Shown here: piece after piece, positions 37,531 to 50,298 of the stretch | Position numbering within the stretch: position 1 is the first letter of the stretch | How the letters are laid out: every line of letters begins with the position of its first letter | DNA from: Octopus bimaculoides | Lineage: Eukaryota | DNA length: 63,625 bases | Assembly (NCBI RefSeq): GCF_001194135.2 | Contig: NC_068984.1 | Span: 128,908,601 to 128,972,225, forward strand | Direction of reading: 5' to 3' | The notes under the pieces: generated by a model | The model's input: the letters and a program-made list of their open reading frames with translations, nothing else | What the model was told of the DNA's origin: nothing | The model's database searches: none | Made by a program: the position numbers and the translations under genes

Positions 37531-37910
37531 GCTGTGTATATATATGTGAGCGTGTATGTCCGTTTGTGTGCGAATATATATATATGTATATATACATATG
37601 TACACACACACACACAAACACACGCACGCACACATGCACACACATACACACGCAAATACAAATGCGCGCACACACACGTACACACACACATATGTTAAAC
37701 CGCATTAGATTATTTATATATTTATATACATTCAAATTTCTATGCATTTAAATGCTTTCCAAACTAAACATACACTTCAATTCTATGCCTGCGAGGAGAC
37801 TGCAAGATGTTACACTCATACTCACCTCTGAGTACACCGCTTCTTATAAGTTAATTAATTTGAAAACATAATTGCTGTTCCTTTGTTATTAATTAATTAA
37901 TATAGATATA

Positions 37911-38130
37911 CAGGGTGGCCCAAAAGTAGGTTTACAATTATCACGTAGGCACTTTAAATTTCTTTTAAAGCATTTTATTACATCTGAATTTCTATCTTGT
38001 AATCATATTGTTTATTATATAAATTAGCATAGAATAATAATTTCATATTTTTTTATAATCAAGATCTAAACTGTTAATGTATGAATGCGAAAGAGATAGT
38101 TGAATAATTGTAAACTTCTGGGCCACTCTG
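37911..38130. mobile_element. Tc1/mariner-type MITE, 220 bp
   Basis: TIRs cagggtggcccaaaagtaggtttacaattat and ataattgtaaacttctgggccactctg, with TA on both sides. Confidence 0.8.
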
Positions 38131-38867
38131 TACATATAGATTTTGTGTGTATGTATATACATATATACTTGTACACCACACACACACACACACACACNNN
38201 NNNNNNNNNNNNNNNNNNNNNNNNNNNNNNNNNNNNNNNNNNNNNNNNNNNNNNNNNNNNNNNNNNNNNNNNNNNNNNNNNNNNNNNNNNNNNNNNNNNN
38301 NNNNNNNNNNNNNNNNNNNNNNNNNNNNNNNNNNNNNNNNNNNNNNNNNNNNNNNNNNNNNNNNNNNNNNNNNNNNNNNNNNNNNNNNNNNNNNNNNNNN
38401 NNNNNNNNNNNNNNNNNNNNNNNNNNNNNNNNNNNNNNNNNNNNNNNNNNNNNNNNNNNNNNNNNNNNNNNNNNNNNNNNNNNNNNNNNNNNNNNNNNNN
38501 NNNNNNNNNNNNNNNNNNNNNNNNNNNNNNNNNNNNNNNNNNNNNNNNNNNNNNNNNNNNNNNNNNNNNNNNNNNNNNNNNNNNNNNNNNNNNNNNNNNN
38601 NNNNNNNNNNNNNNNNNNNNNNNNNNNNNNNNNNNNNNNNNNNNNNNNNNNNNNNNNNNNNNNNNNNNNNNNNNNNNNNNNNNNNNNNNNNNNNNNNNNN
38701 NNNNNNNNNNNNNNNNNNNNNNNNNNNNNNNNNNNNNNNNNNNNNNNNNNNNNNNNNNNNNNNNNNNNNNNNNNNNNNNNNNNNNNNNNNNNNNNNNNNN
38801 NNNNNNNNNNNNNNNNNNNNNNNNNNNNNNNNNNNNNNNNATATATATATATATATATATATACATA

Positions 38868-39021
38868 TAGGCGTAGGCGTGGCTTGTTCGTAAGAAGCCT
38901 GCTTCACAACCATATGGTCCTGGGTTCAGTCCCATTCCGTGGCACCTAGGGCAAGTGTTTTGGGCTCACTAAATCCTTGTGAGTGGATTTGATAGACGTA
39001 AACTGAAAGAAACCCGTCGTA
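38868..39021 (+). mobile_element. Family B SINE 5' part
   Basis: ggcgtaggcgtggct...gggttcagtccc...ggcacctagggcaagtg (CORE)...aactgaaagaaacccgtcgtat. Confidence 0.82.
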
Positions 39022-39381
39022 TATTCTTCCAGCTGCTTGTTCTGCTGCAATAATGTTACTGGTTTCACAATGGTCCTGGAGGAAGAGGTTTAAACATACT
39101 GTACATATATCTTATACATTAAGTTTTGGGATGCAATCGGCCGGTAGTTTTTGCGATGTGGTGGTTCTGCACTTGGGGGTCAATTTTGTCTCTGCCAGAG
39201 CTAACCAGTGTGGTATGCTACTGTTCCCAATGAAAGCTTGTTGGTACAGATTGATAAGATATGGCCGGTAGAATGTTAACTTCTTGTACCAATATCCAAC
39301 AATCAAGTCTCTTCCAGGTGCTTTTCCATCCTGGAGTTTCTGGATCACAGTTGCAGGTTTCACCGTCAATGTTGTATGCCT
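39022..39381 (-). pseudogene. R4/Dong-clade RT N-terminal fragment
   Basis: KAPGRDLIVGYWYKKL...IPHWLALAETKLTPK, then frame-shifted NLMYKIY and HCETSNIIAAEQAAGR. The 5' junction abuts (CATA)n. Confidence 0.82.
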
Positions 39382-40039
39382 TGTATGTATGTATGTATGT
39401 ATGTATGTATGCATGTTTGTATGATCCCGTTTGTTTTTAATTATTCGATGTTTTCCTATAAGGAAAGAGTTGGTTTTTAGCAAAAGTAGAAAATTCCATC
39501 GTTGGAATGTAGCTAACAAAAACAATGTCATGTTTTGAATTTGAGAAAAGTCTGGCATATTAAAACTAATCTAAGAATAGCAATGGAATATTTACTGATA
39601 GGGTAATTCAGTATTGAGAGAATCGCCGAACTTATATACACGTGCGCGCGCGCACACAGATACACATTCAGATGTTCAATTGTATATATCTTAATAGAGA
39701 AATGATTGCAACCAAGATTCTTTTGGCGAATGATTCGCCAAGAGTAAAGCACGAAGTCATGGCACTCACACATTAACGAAAATGGCAAAGTTGGAGTATA
39801 TACGACCATGAATAATATATCATCACATAGAATCGTAGAAATAATGAGACTAATCCTGGTTTGACTAATATTAATATTTATTGAAATTAAGTCAAATATT
39901 GGAAAAACTTGCGAACTTATTCCGATTCTATAGCCGAAGAAATTCAATGAAATGTTTATATATAGTAAAAGAAATTGTGAGACGAAAGAAGAGGAACAGC
40001 GATAAGGAAAGTGGAAGTGGGAGGTAGAGAGAAAACATT

Positions 40040-40200
40040 TAAACGTGGCTGTATGGTTAAGAAACTTGTTTCCCAACTATGTGGCCTTGGGTTCAGTCCC
40101 ACTGTGCGGAACCTTCGGCAAAATTTTATTACTATAGTCCCGGGCCAACCAAAACCTTGCGAGGGGATTTGGTAGACAGGAACTGAAAGAAGGCCGTAAG
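40040..40200 (+). mobile_element. Family B SINE 5' part
   Basis: cgtggctgtatggttaagaaacttgtttccc...gggttcagtcccactgtgcgg...gatttggtagacaggaactgaaagaag. Confidence 0.8.
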
Positions 40201-40612
40201 TTGAGGATTTAGAAAATCCAGAAAATTTCTGACTATATTCAGAAATACCCTATTTATATTTTCTTTTTAATACACATGTATTATCGCTCTATTCTTTCAT
40301 TTGTTTTAGTTATTGGACTGTGGTTATGCTGGAGCACCGCCTTATAGATTTTGTTGAATAACTCAACCTATTCATTTTTAAGTCTGACACTTATGCTATC
40401 CAACATTTTATTGTGGACAATAGATTCGCAGAATCTTTGGAGTCTCGAACGAACTGCATTGCGTGCTGCGGTCAATTTTACCTTTCATTTTTAAAGAATC
40501 GGTGAAATGACAGACGTCACGTACAGGGGTCGATGTAATCAACTACAATTCCCGACAAATAAACTGCAGGTCTTCTACCTATAGTTGCTTCAAATTTTGG
40601 CACAACGTATTC

Positions 40613-40765
40613 CACCCTAGTCCTCAACTGGAACTTATTTTATCGACCATAAAATGATGAAAGGCAAAGTGAACCTATGCAGAATTTGCACCCAGAACGT
40701 AAAGACAGACGAAATGCCGCTAAGCATTTTTGTCCGGCGTCCTAGCGATACTGCCAGTTTCCTGC
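40613..40765 (-). mobile_element. Family A SINE
   Basis: ttatcgacc...gatgaaaggcaaagt...gaacgtaaagacagacgaaatgccgctaagcatt. Confidence 0.8.
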
Positions 40766-40945
40766 CTCGTGGTCTTCTGCCTATATTAGACACAGTTACC
40801 TTCTAGTAGAACAGTGGATTGTCAAGATCCTTAGGGCGTCGGACAAAAGGCTATTCTGCATTTTACCCGGATCTTTACGTTCTGAGTTCAAATTCAGCAG
40901 AGGTCAACTGTGCTTTTCGTTCTTCTGGGTTCATAAAATAGATTC

Positions 40946-41381
40946 GGATCTTTTTTAAAACGGGGGCCACATTTTTCATTAACGAAACACTTTGAAACTT
41001 GGAACACTGGTAGAATGTGTCATATAAAACATCTTTTTCTCTTAGTCTTCTTTTAAAAAAAAGAAATCCCTAAGTTATTTCATGTTAAAGTTGTCGTATT
41101 TCTGTAATTTCAACCAATCACTGACGTCCATTCAGCCGATATACATTAAGTGCCGACTATATAAACAAACGATTCTGAAACAATTCTATCGGAGATAGGG
41201 TTAGGGTTAGGGTTAGGGTTAGGGTAAAACAGTAAATTTAAAAAGAAAAAAGCAAAACGAAGCTATGAAAATTAAATACGCTTTACACTGCTTAATCAGC
41301 CAAAGTTTGAAAGTCTTTCGGTACCAAAAACACTACGTAAAACATTAATGAAAAATGTGGCCCCCGTTTTAAAAAAGATCC
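40946..41381. mobile_element. 436-bp MITE with 37-bp perfect TIRs and 8-bp TSD (Merlin-like)
   Basis: TIR ggatcttttttaaaacgggggccacatttttcattaa at both ends, TSD atagattc at 40938-40945 / 41382-41389, inserted in a family A SINE. Confidence 0.9.
41196..41225 (+). repeat. Interstitial telomeric-type repeat (TTAGGG)4 plus partial unit
   Basis: tagggttagggttagggttagggttagggt, inside the MITE. Confidence 0.93.
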
Positions 41382-41439
41382 ATAGATTCAAACGGCTGAT
41401 CCCCTTCCACCCAAATCTGAGGCTCAGTACCTAAACTGG

Positions 41440-41660
41440 TTTCAAATTTTGACGCAAGACCAGTACGTTCGTGGGTGGAGCAAGTCTATTACATCGACTC
41501 CAATACTCAACTGGTACTTATTTTATCGACCCCAAAAGGTTTGAAAAGTAAAAAAAAAAAAAAAGAAAAATCGATCTCGGCGAAATTTGAACTTAGAATG
41601 CAAGGAAGGATGAATTGTTGCTGAGGATTTTGCACGGAGTGCTGACGATTCTGTTAGCTT
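41440..41660 (-). mobile_element. Family A SINE, diverged
   Basis: catcgactccaatactcaactggtacttattttatcgacccc...gaaatttgaacttagaa. Confidence 0.7.
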
Positions 41661-41958
41661 GTTTTCTTGCTCTGTGTCTACATTGAAACCAATTACTTTC
41701 TTTCAACCTTACACAGTTCTATTTCAGTATGTTGTACAGTTGTATTTCAACTATTTTTATCTACGCACGATCTGTAAGACTGCAGGGCCTATTATAACAA
41801 TATTGGATACAAGTGGCTGATAAGCAGTGCTGAGTTAATGAACTTGAGAGAAGATATACTACACAATTGATAACAGATAGATAATCAAGTCTTAAACCTT
41901 TGACTGGATTATGATAAATGCAATCACTTGGTACATACGTACTTTTCATTTCTCTTCT

Positions 41959-41998
<40 letters not shown>

Positions 41999-42076
41999 TC
42001 AGTTTGTGTTTGTGCATGCATATGTATATGTGCATGTGTCTGTGTGTGTGTGTGTGTGCACGCGCGCATGTATATA

Positions 42077-43089
42077 CGAGGGGAAGTCAAAAAATTATCC
42101 GTACCTTCGCCATAACATATCTTTATTACTGTCACACTGCCTTCTGCGCATGCGCACTTATAGTTGGTACTATTGTGATCACGTGATCGAAGTTTGATCC
42201 TGATCGGGCCATTTTTCTTTCTGGCTTCACAGTGTAAGCATAAAAGGTCCACTAAGCAATGTGCGCCGAAGAAGAACAAAGAGCAGTGATCCGATTTCTG
42301 TGGTCAGGTGTGCCAGGTGCTAAAATTCATCGGAAGCATTTAGCACATTTGGTTAATGGTTTCAACGGTCTGGGCGGCTGTGGGTGAGCATGCATTGTAA
42401 TGCAACACCAAGATTTTCTTCAATAAGCTTCGGTGTTTGTTGCGAATTGCTGGCTTTATTTGGTTGGCCAGCAAAGCACTATATCTCGTACTGTTGATCG
42501 TACACCCTTTTCCAGGTAATCTTCCAGTATAGCCCATTTGAGTCCTCAAAAAAGCGTTAGCATCACTTTTCCGGCAGAAGACTGAGTCTTGCATTTCTTC
42601 GTCGCTGGCGAGCCAGGATGTTTCCACTCCAGACTCTGTCTTTTGGTTTTTGCCTCATAATAACGGACCCACGTTTCATCTCCTGTGACTACTCTGTTCA
42701 AAAATTCCTCGCCCTCATACTTGTAGCGATCGAGTAAACGTTGGCAAACCTCAAGATATTTGCGGTTGTTCTCTGCAGTAAGCTCTCTTGACACCCATCT
42801 TGCACAGACTTTATGGAAGCCGAGTTCATCGTGGATGATTTTCAGCGCCTAACACCCCTTCAGACTATAGAAATCTAATCACTGCTCTTTGTTCTTCCTT
42901 GGTACACATTGCTAGTGGAGCGGCCATGCTTACACTGTAAAGCCAGAAAGAAAAATAGCGCGACGAAGCCCAAACTTTGATCACGTGACCACAATAAGTA
43001 TCGACTATAAGCATACATGCGCAGAAGGCAGCGTGACAATAATAACGATAAGTTATGGCAAAAGTGCGGATAATTTTTGACTTCTCCCC

Positions 43090-43090
<1 letters not shown>
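42077..43090 (-). mobile_element. Rearranged mariner element bounded by two inverted 5' ends
   Basis: TA|cgagggaagtcaaaaaattatccg on the left and cggataatttttgacttctccccg|TA on the right. Both ends are followed by the same 5' UTR and transposase start. Confidence 0.88.
42336..42927 (-). pseudogene. Mariner (DD34D family) transposase pseudogene
   Basis: MAAPLAMCTKEEQRAVIRFL*...KVCARWVSRELT...VTGDETWVRYYEAKTKRQSLEWKHPGSP...SAGKVMLTLF, with stops, an internal deletion and a truncated C-terminus. Confidence 0.9.
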
Positions 43091-43144
<54 letters not shown>

Positions 43145-43572
43145 TACACACACACATATATATATATATATATATNNNNNNNNNNNNNNNNNNNNNNNNN
43201 NNNNNNNNNNNNNNNNNNNNNNNNNNNNNNNNNNNNNNNNNNNNNNNNNNNNNNNNNNATGTATGTATATGCACATTTATATATATGTATGTATGTATAT
43301 ATACACACTCACACACACATTTATATACACGGATTTCCATCTATCAATCTATCTATTTATATAGTGTGCACTCGTGTATGTATTTTTATGTCTGTCTAAC
43401 CTAACTCTGTGCAACTGCGGTGACTTTGACCTCAAGATTATGTTTCTAATTAGATTAAACTAATAAACAGATAATCGGAATAATACTTTAAGCATAGAAA
43501 CTTTTGCTTCAATGGTTATTTACAGAAAACAGAGATAGAGAACGACGTAGACGAATATACAATGACTACACA

Positions 43573-43605
<33 letters not shown>

Positions 43606-43852
43606 CACAAGACAACAGAACACAACACAAGACACACATACAGATACAGACATACATAAGTTCATATAGAAATATGTATATATTCTTAGATATATGAATT
43701 GTTGCATACATTTTTGTGTACATTTATACATACATTCTTACATAAACGCTTACATACACGCATATATAGATACGTTCCAATATACTTACTTACATATATA
43801 CGTACGTACGTACATACATACATACATACATACATACATACATACATACATA

Positions 43853-44135
43853 GAAACCAACTGCCTATGAAGCTTGATTTAGTGGCCAAGCTATTATGAT
43901 ATTATACAATGCAATCCATAGAAAGGATAGTCCCGAAGATAAAAATACCAGAAGCTGTTGTGATGTGAGGTGGAGATGCATACTTCCTTATAATACGAAA
44001 GAATAATGGTAGAGTGATCTTGCCACAATCTCAATAAAGTTTCGATATAAAAGACCAAACACGATCTTGTACAGAATAATGAAAAATGTGCGCTGTAGTG
44101 GAAATCAGTTATACCCAACAAATGTTAACATAATA
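43853..44135 (+). pseudogene. R4/Dong-clade fragment upstream of and into the RLE domain
   Basis: Frame-shifted DLVAKLL..NAIHRKDSPED...KE*W*SDL...KRPN...CAVVEISY.PTNVNIIG, homologous to 16985-17200. Starts immediately after (CATA)n. Confidence 0.7.
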
Positions 44136-44855
44136 GGCGCTGGCATGGCCTTGTGATTAAGAAGCTAGCTTTGGAACTATGTGGTTTCTGGTTCAATTCA
44201 ATTGCGCGGCCCCTTGGGTAAATGTTTTCTCCTGCTGTAAACCGAGGCCGATAAATGTCTTGTGAGTGAATTTCGTTGATTGAAACGGTGTGAAAGCCCA
44301 TCGTATATCTTGGCACTCCATCGGTTACAACGACGAGGGTTCCAGTTGATCCGATCAACGGAACAGCCTGCTCGTGAAATTAACGTGTAAGTGGATGAGA
44401 ACTCCACAGACATGTGTATCCTTAATGTAGTTCTCGGGGAGATTCAGCGTGACACGGAGTGTGACAAAGCCGGCCCTTTGAAATACAGGTACAACAGAAA
44501 CAGGAAGAAATAGTGAAAGAAAGTTGTGGTGAAAGAATATATCAGGGTTCGCCACCACCCACTGCCGAAGCTTTGTGGAGCTTTAGGTGTTTTCGCTCAA
44601 TGAACACTGACAATGCCTGGTCTGGGAATCGAAACTACGATCCTATGACCGCGAGTCCACTGCCCTAACAACTGGGTCATTGCGCCTCCACTTAATCGTA
44701 TATACCTACATGTGTATGTATTTATGTGCGTGCCTGTGTGTGTATTTATGTGTGTGCATGTGTGTGTGTATGCGCGCGTCTGTGTTTGTATGCGTCTGTG
44801 GCTTCTTGTTTGTGTTTGTCCCGACCCACACCGTTTGACAACCGGAAGTGGTTAA
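44136..44855 (+). mobile_element. Family B SINE interrupted by a family C SINE
   Basis: Head at 44136-44308. The GT-rich middle and tail resume at about 44695. Confidence 0.72.
44310..44690 (-). mobile_element. tRNA-derived SINE family C nested in family B
   Basis: Homologous over its length to 21346-21729. atcgtatat is repeated at both junctions. Confidence 0.88.
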
Positions 44856-45224
44856 ACATATAGAACGTAGGATGCAAATATTTACGATGAAATCTTATCT
44901 TTAAACCTTTCCCAGAATAGAAGGTTTTAATATGGCAGGTGTATTCGATATGGCAGTTGTTTTAACTACGGGTCGGTGAATTGGTAACCTGACTAATAGG
45001 AATATGCTTAGCATACAAAGGGAGAGAAGGGGTGTGAGGGAAATAGAGAGCGAGAAAGAGGGGATTGAATAGCTTGGTTAAAAAATGTAACTAACTCTGG
45101 GTGTGGTTAAAGCAAACAAAAGCCTGGGTAAGATACTTGTCTGTTGTACGAGTCGTTCAGCTGCATGTCAAACGGGTTGTAGTGTAAGTTGTGGAATAAT
45201 GTACCAAAAGAATGTGTTGAAGAG

Positions 45225-45254
45225 AGAGACAGAGACAGAGACAGAGGGACAGGA

Positions 45255-45289
<35 letters not shown>

Positions 45290-45375
45290 GACAGAGACAG
45301 AGACAGAGACAGACAGACAGACAGAGAGAGACAGAGAGAGAGAGAGACAGAGAGAGACAGAGAGAGAGAGAGAGA
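45225..45375 (+). repeat. (GA)n/(GACA)n compound microsatellite
   Basis: Direct reading. Confidence 0.95.
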
Positions 45376-47074
45376 AGGAAAGGAAATTCTTTGACATTTA
45401 ATAGGAACACATTTCGACTTGCTACTTTCGACTAGTTCACGCGTTGAATGGAAGAAATTTTCCAACCGATTTACAGACATGTGAAGAAATGACAAAATAA
45501 ATCAGTAGAATCCGAAGACAAAAATGTTAAGAAACTGTATCAACTAAAATTAGTATGACGAATTTTTTTTATCAAGGGAGCCCGGGCGTTTTAATCAAAG
45601 ATGTTCTTCACAATTAAAAATAAAATGAACAGAATGAAATATTTCAAATATGCCGATATCTTGGATTTAGATGAGGCGACATATTAAATGACGTGTGCAA
45701 ATTATATTGCTCCTTTTATTGGATAGTGGCTAAGAATTACCGCTAGATCCTTCTGTTCTTTCTCCAATAAAGAGCTTTTTAATTAACAGAGATATTTTTG
45801 CATGCACCATTTAGTATATCGCCTTAACTTAATTTTCTAACTGCATGTTATTTACCCACATGAATTATTTCATGTGACTCATTTAATTATTTTTTCTTAA
45901 TTATGCAAATTACTACTAACAAGCATTTTTTGCATGCAATGTTTGCTTCTAAACTGATAAAACAAACCTGAGTTTGACTATGCTAGGATAATGAGGAAGA
46001 TAGGACTGAAACATGTCCGGAGCTCTCCCCTTTCGTATTTGCAAAGATTACCTTTCCTCCCTCGAATGTCAATGAATTTTATAAAAATATTTCTTAATTT
46101 TATAAAATTTTCTCTTCCTTTCTTTGGGAGTCGTTAACCTTTAGGATCTTATTTTTTCTAATCAAACAACGAAGTAAATTTTGAATTGAGTTCTCTTTTT
46201 TGCTTTTTTTTTTGCATGTCATTCTGTTGATCTCTCTTTAAATTATTAGCCTCCATTTTCACACTCTGTAATAGAACTCTTTAGGAGCTACAGTTAGCGA
46301 TTCTATATCGTACCTGGAAATAAATTCCGATTGGGTTCAAAGCCAGGACGTAGAGGGACGTAAATAAATAGTGCCCGTCACCTTAACGGATAAAACACTC
46401 CTTCGATCCCCTTTCAACAGTTATAAAAATAGCTTTATAGCCAAGACAAAAATGGTGGTTAATTTAGTGTAGTCGTAAAGTAAATGACAATAGATGATTT
46501 ACTACAAGACTTTAGCTAACTCACCAAGTACAATTTGCGGCGAAATTTATTTCACTATCATTTTTATAACGTATATAAAAACAATAACAGTAATATGCTT
46601 AGTGGTCTCCGTCTATAAAGTTTGATCGTACATCTTTTGATAAAAGCGAAGCTCACTTTGCAGCCATGTGGTTTCGGGTTCAGCACTTTCTAGCACTTTA
46701 CTAGGTTCGTTTTCATACCACTTATCAGTGTGGTCAAGTCCTAGCTTCCTACATAACTTCCAGACGATTATCCTCTATAGGTTGTCATGTATTTTTTTGT
46801 ATCCCATCTGTGCCCGAGTAGTACATTCACTAACTATATGACACTTTCTTCCATCGATTTACATGACCTACATTGGGAATCTACTTGATTTTTGTCTATC
46901 TTAGTTTTTATCTTGTTAGTTCTCGATGCCTGGTCTTGTGCTGCTACTAATAAACTTCATCTTCAGTTTCAGCTTTCCTTTCTGAAACCACAATTATGTC
47001 TCACTATTACTGTTTTCCGCTACTATCTTTGGAAATTTACCATGCAAAGCATTCTCTTGTCAGTCAGATAATCG

Positions 47075-48125
47075 GGCAGAGGTGGCGAAAGCCTACATCG
47101 CCTCCGTTATCATTTATCCCAGTTATTGCTTGATCAAGTTGGAACGTCTCTTGTTCATGTTCTTGTGGAAGGGGTGCATTCCAATGGCCAGGCGGTCAAT
47201 CTACAGTCAGCTCCCTCTGAGTGGCAGCTTAGGCAGGGAGACTCTGAGCGTTGACGAAGATGAACCGACTAGTCTGTTCCGGAGAACTTTTCAGTCGGGG
47301 ACTATTATGGATAATTTCCAGACGCATTTGGCTTGGCAGTGCTACTGAGGGGCGCTACCGGTTTGAGATAATCTCTACAGGGACTGATGTGCTGTCAGAC
47401 GGGCTTGTCAGAGGTGCGCACAGAGCGAAGAAACCGTTCTCCATGAATTCGTTCAGCATCCGGTAATTGCTGACTTGTGGAGTTATATCGAACAGCTTCT
47501 GTCGCGTATGCGACGGATTTGTTTGTCGTCTCGTCTGAGTTTAATCGGGTAGGTAAGACAGTTTCCTGTTACCTGGTTGTTGTGGCGAAAGAGGTTGTCT
47601 GGTGGACGAAGCTGAAAAGAACGAGAACATGGACATTCCTCTTTGGTAAAGCCCTCATCGACTTTTTCAAGTTTCACTTGAAATGGAAAGTGAAGGTGGA
47701 GAGGGAGGTGATATCCTTGAGTGAATTCAGGAAAAAGGGGGTGAAAGTTGAGAAAATGGCATGAGTGGATGGCACCTTTCTCAGTGTAGACTTGTGAGTC
47801 GGGTAAAGGAGGTGGAAAAGGTATTTGTCCGTGATATTCAGGGTGATCTTGGATGGTGGGATTCCTCGATCATCCCTAGTGGTCTTCCTGTATCAGGAGG
47901 CACCCATTATCACAATTATCTTTTTTCCATATTGTTGTATACTATGTATTCTTCACTTCTTTTAATGTGTACTGTGTATACTACTTTTTTATATCATTCC
48001 ATTCTATGTAAACCTCACCCTTTAAGTCTGTCTTTGTATTGTTCACTTTCATCATTCGCCCTGGTGGCAAATAAAAGAAGCCATTATTCTTCTTCTTCTT
48101 ATTATTATTATTATTATTATTATAA
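47075..48125 (+). mobile_element. L1/Tx1-like LINE 3' fragment with 3' UTR and simple-repeat tail
   Basis: LIKLERLLFMFLWKG..PMARRSIYSQLPLSGSLG...FFKFHLKWKVKVEREVIS..F*, then UTR, AATAAA and a (TTC)(TTA)n tail. Confidence 0.72.
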
Positions 48126-48529
48126 TTATCCATTTATTTAAGCCTTTTTTCTTTACTTATTCCATATATAACAATATTGGTTACAACACACTTCCAGATC
48201 AATATTCTTGCCAAACAAATTCAAAATCGAGCGTAAGAGCGATATTGATTTGCTAAATAAATTTTAAGAATCAGTAAAGTGTACCACAACTACGCTTTGT
48301 ATTTACTCAAAACCTTTTTGGTATTACGTTCCTAAGTCGTCTTATTACCTTACAGAAGGCAATAAGACAATAAAACAGAAAATAACGAACAAGCCAAAAA
48401 TAACGAACAGAGATGACAGGAAAGTTTCTAGCTATTGTTAAATGAAAAGAAAGCGTACACTTGGCAACGAACTCTATTCTTTAATCTATAATCGTTCATC
48501 AACTATACCTCCTTCCTCCATTTCTTCCT

Positions 48530-48702
48530 TCATTTCTTCTTCTTCTTCTTCTTCTTCTTCTTCTTCTTCTTCTTCTTCTTCTTCTTCTTCTTCTCCTCCT
48601 CCTCCTCCTCCTCCTCCTCCTTCTTCTTCTTCTTCTTCTTCTTCTTCTTCTTCTTCTTCTTCTTCTTCTTCTTCTTCTCCTTCTTCTTCTTCTTCTTCTT
48701 CT
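48530..48702 (+). repeat. (TTC)n-(TCC)n-(TTC)n microsatellite
   Basis: Direct reading. Confidence 0.96.
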
Positions 48703-49257
48703 ACATTGTCGTGGCGTCTCTTATATTCCTTCTGGCCTAGTGGCGTACATTGGCTGGTAATATGCCATACAGTTTCACCGTTATGTCCACATATTCTGAA
48801 CTTATCACTTTCTGCTGTGTTGTCTATTCTGTATTTTATGTAGTTTGTTCTTAGTTCTTGCTCTTGAGCAGTACAGATTAGAGCCTCCGTTTCCGGTTTT
48901 AAATCACTTTTAGTCATCCACAGCCATGTTTTTTCTCTGTCTGTCTTATTTTCAACATCCCTATGAAATTGACCATGCATTCTTTTCTTTGCCCACCTAT
49001 TTTCAGTTTCATTCGTTGTCAATTTCTTGTATAGTGCTTTATCTTTGCAATCTTTCATCCTACACAAGCCTGACCTTCCTACTTCTAATAATAGCAGTTC
49101 TGTGGCATTTTTAACTTCTGCTCTAAGGCTGTGTTCGCATCCAATAAGTCCTATTCTCCCTCTTTTTCTTGGTACATACAGTCTGTCTGTGTCACTTTTT
49201 GGGTGGAGTGACCTATATCTAGCTAACAAATTCCTTGTCTTTCTGTCTAAGCTGTTT

Positions 49258-49260
<3 letters not shown>
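48703..49260 (-). pseudogene. Dong/R4 retrotransposon ORF fragment (post-RT region to zinc knuckle)
   Basis: LDRKTRNLL...LHPKSDTDRLYVPRKRGRIGL...MHGQF...LKPETEALICTAQEQELRT...FRICGHNGETVWHITSQC...YKRRHDNV. The 5' junction lies in (TAA)n. Confidence 0.9.
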
Positions 49261-49334
<74 letters not shown>

Positions 49335-49363
49335 CATTATTATTATTATTATTATTATTATTG
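49260..49363 (+). repeat. (ATT)n microsatellite
   Basis: Direct reading. Confidence 0.97.
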
Positions 49364-49680
49364 AGTGATACAGCAGTGTATGCCTCCTATTAGTACTAGT
49401 ATTATTTTAATTATTTTACAGAAAAATGTGGAAAATGAAATATCTAATTAGAATTTTAAACCGAAGGGCGTCTGAAATGTCAATCGTAAAGATTTCAAAA
49501 CGTGAAATTTCTTTTGAATTATTAAAAATTGCCAGGAACAAAGGATCTCATATTTTAGATATGATAAAGAGCAAATAATTAATGTTGCTTTTTCCGGGTT
49601 ATAATTGATATTTGGAGAAAACATTTCTTAGGTTTCACTTGGAATTAATGATGATGACGATGATGATGATGATGATGATT

Positions 49681-49731
49681 ACAAATAAGACTACTGAATA
49701 CAAATAAGACTACTGAATACAAATAAGACTA

Positions 49732-49737
<6 letters not shown>
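49681..49737 (+). repeat. 19-bp tandem repeat x3 (acaaataagactactgaat) between (GAT)n and (TAA)n
   Basis: Direct reading. Confidence 0.92.
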
Positions 49738-49809
<72 letters not shown>

Positions 49810-50298
49810 AATAATGATATTCAGCCCACACAATTGACATTAAAAATCTTAAATTGGTTTCCGAATTATAATTGCACCTTAAGACGTAATCTTTCACAGC
49901 CAGGTTGGTTTCGCTCATCTGCTGGTAAATTCCTTCCCGAGCCACGTGAAAAAATCTGTGGTCTGTTTTAAAATGCCAACATACACACTGATATTTAAAG
50001 TGACTTTGAATAGTATAAAGAGCGTAAAAGCTTAGATAACCTACACAAGATATATAGCCGTCTACATTGACCTTTTGACATAGATTGGTGCTTTCATAGC
50101 TTTATATTGGAGGAATTTCAAAGAGATAACGCTAGAGATAAATAAGGGCGTGAAGATGTGGCTAATGTTAGACCCGCAGAAATGTAATAATGGTTGGATA
50201 GAAAAATATTCTATCTGTAAAACATTGCAATTTCATTTGAACGACCATTTTTTTAATTCGTGCACAAAATGATGGAAAGGGAGGAACTGAATAACTAT

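Noticed and set aside
45985-46022. AAUGAGG...GAAACAUGUC, a Penelope-like hammerhead 3' half
   Set aside because: No CUGA core and no stem II pairing.
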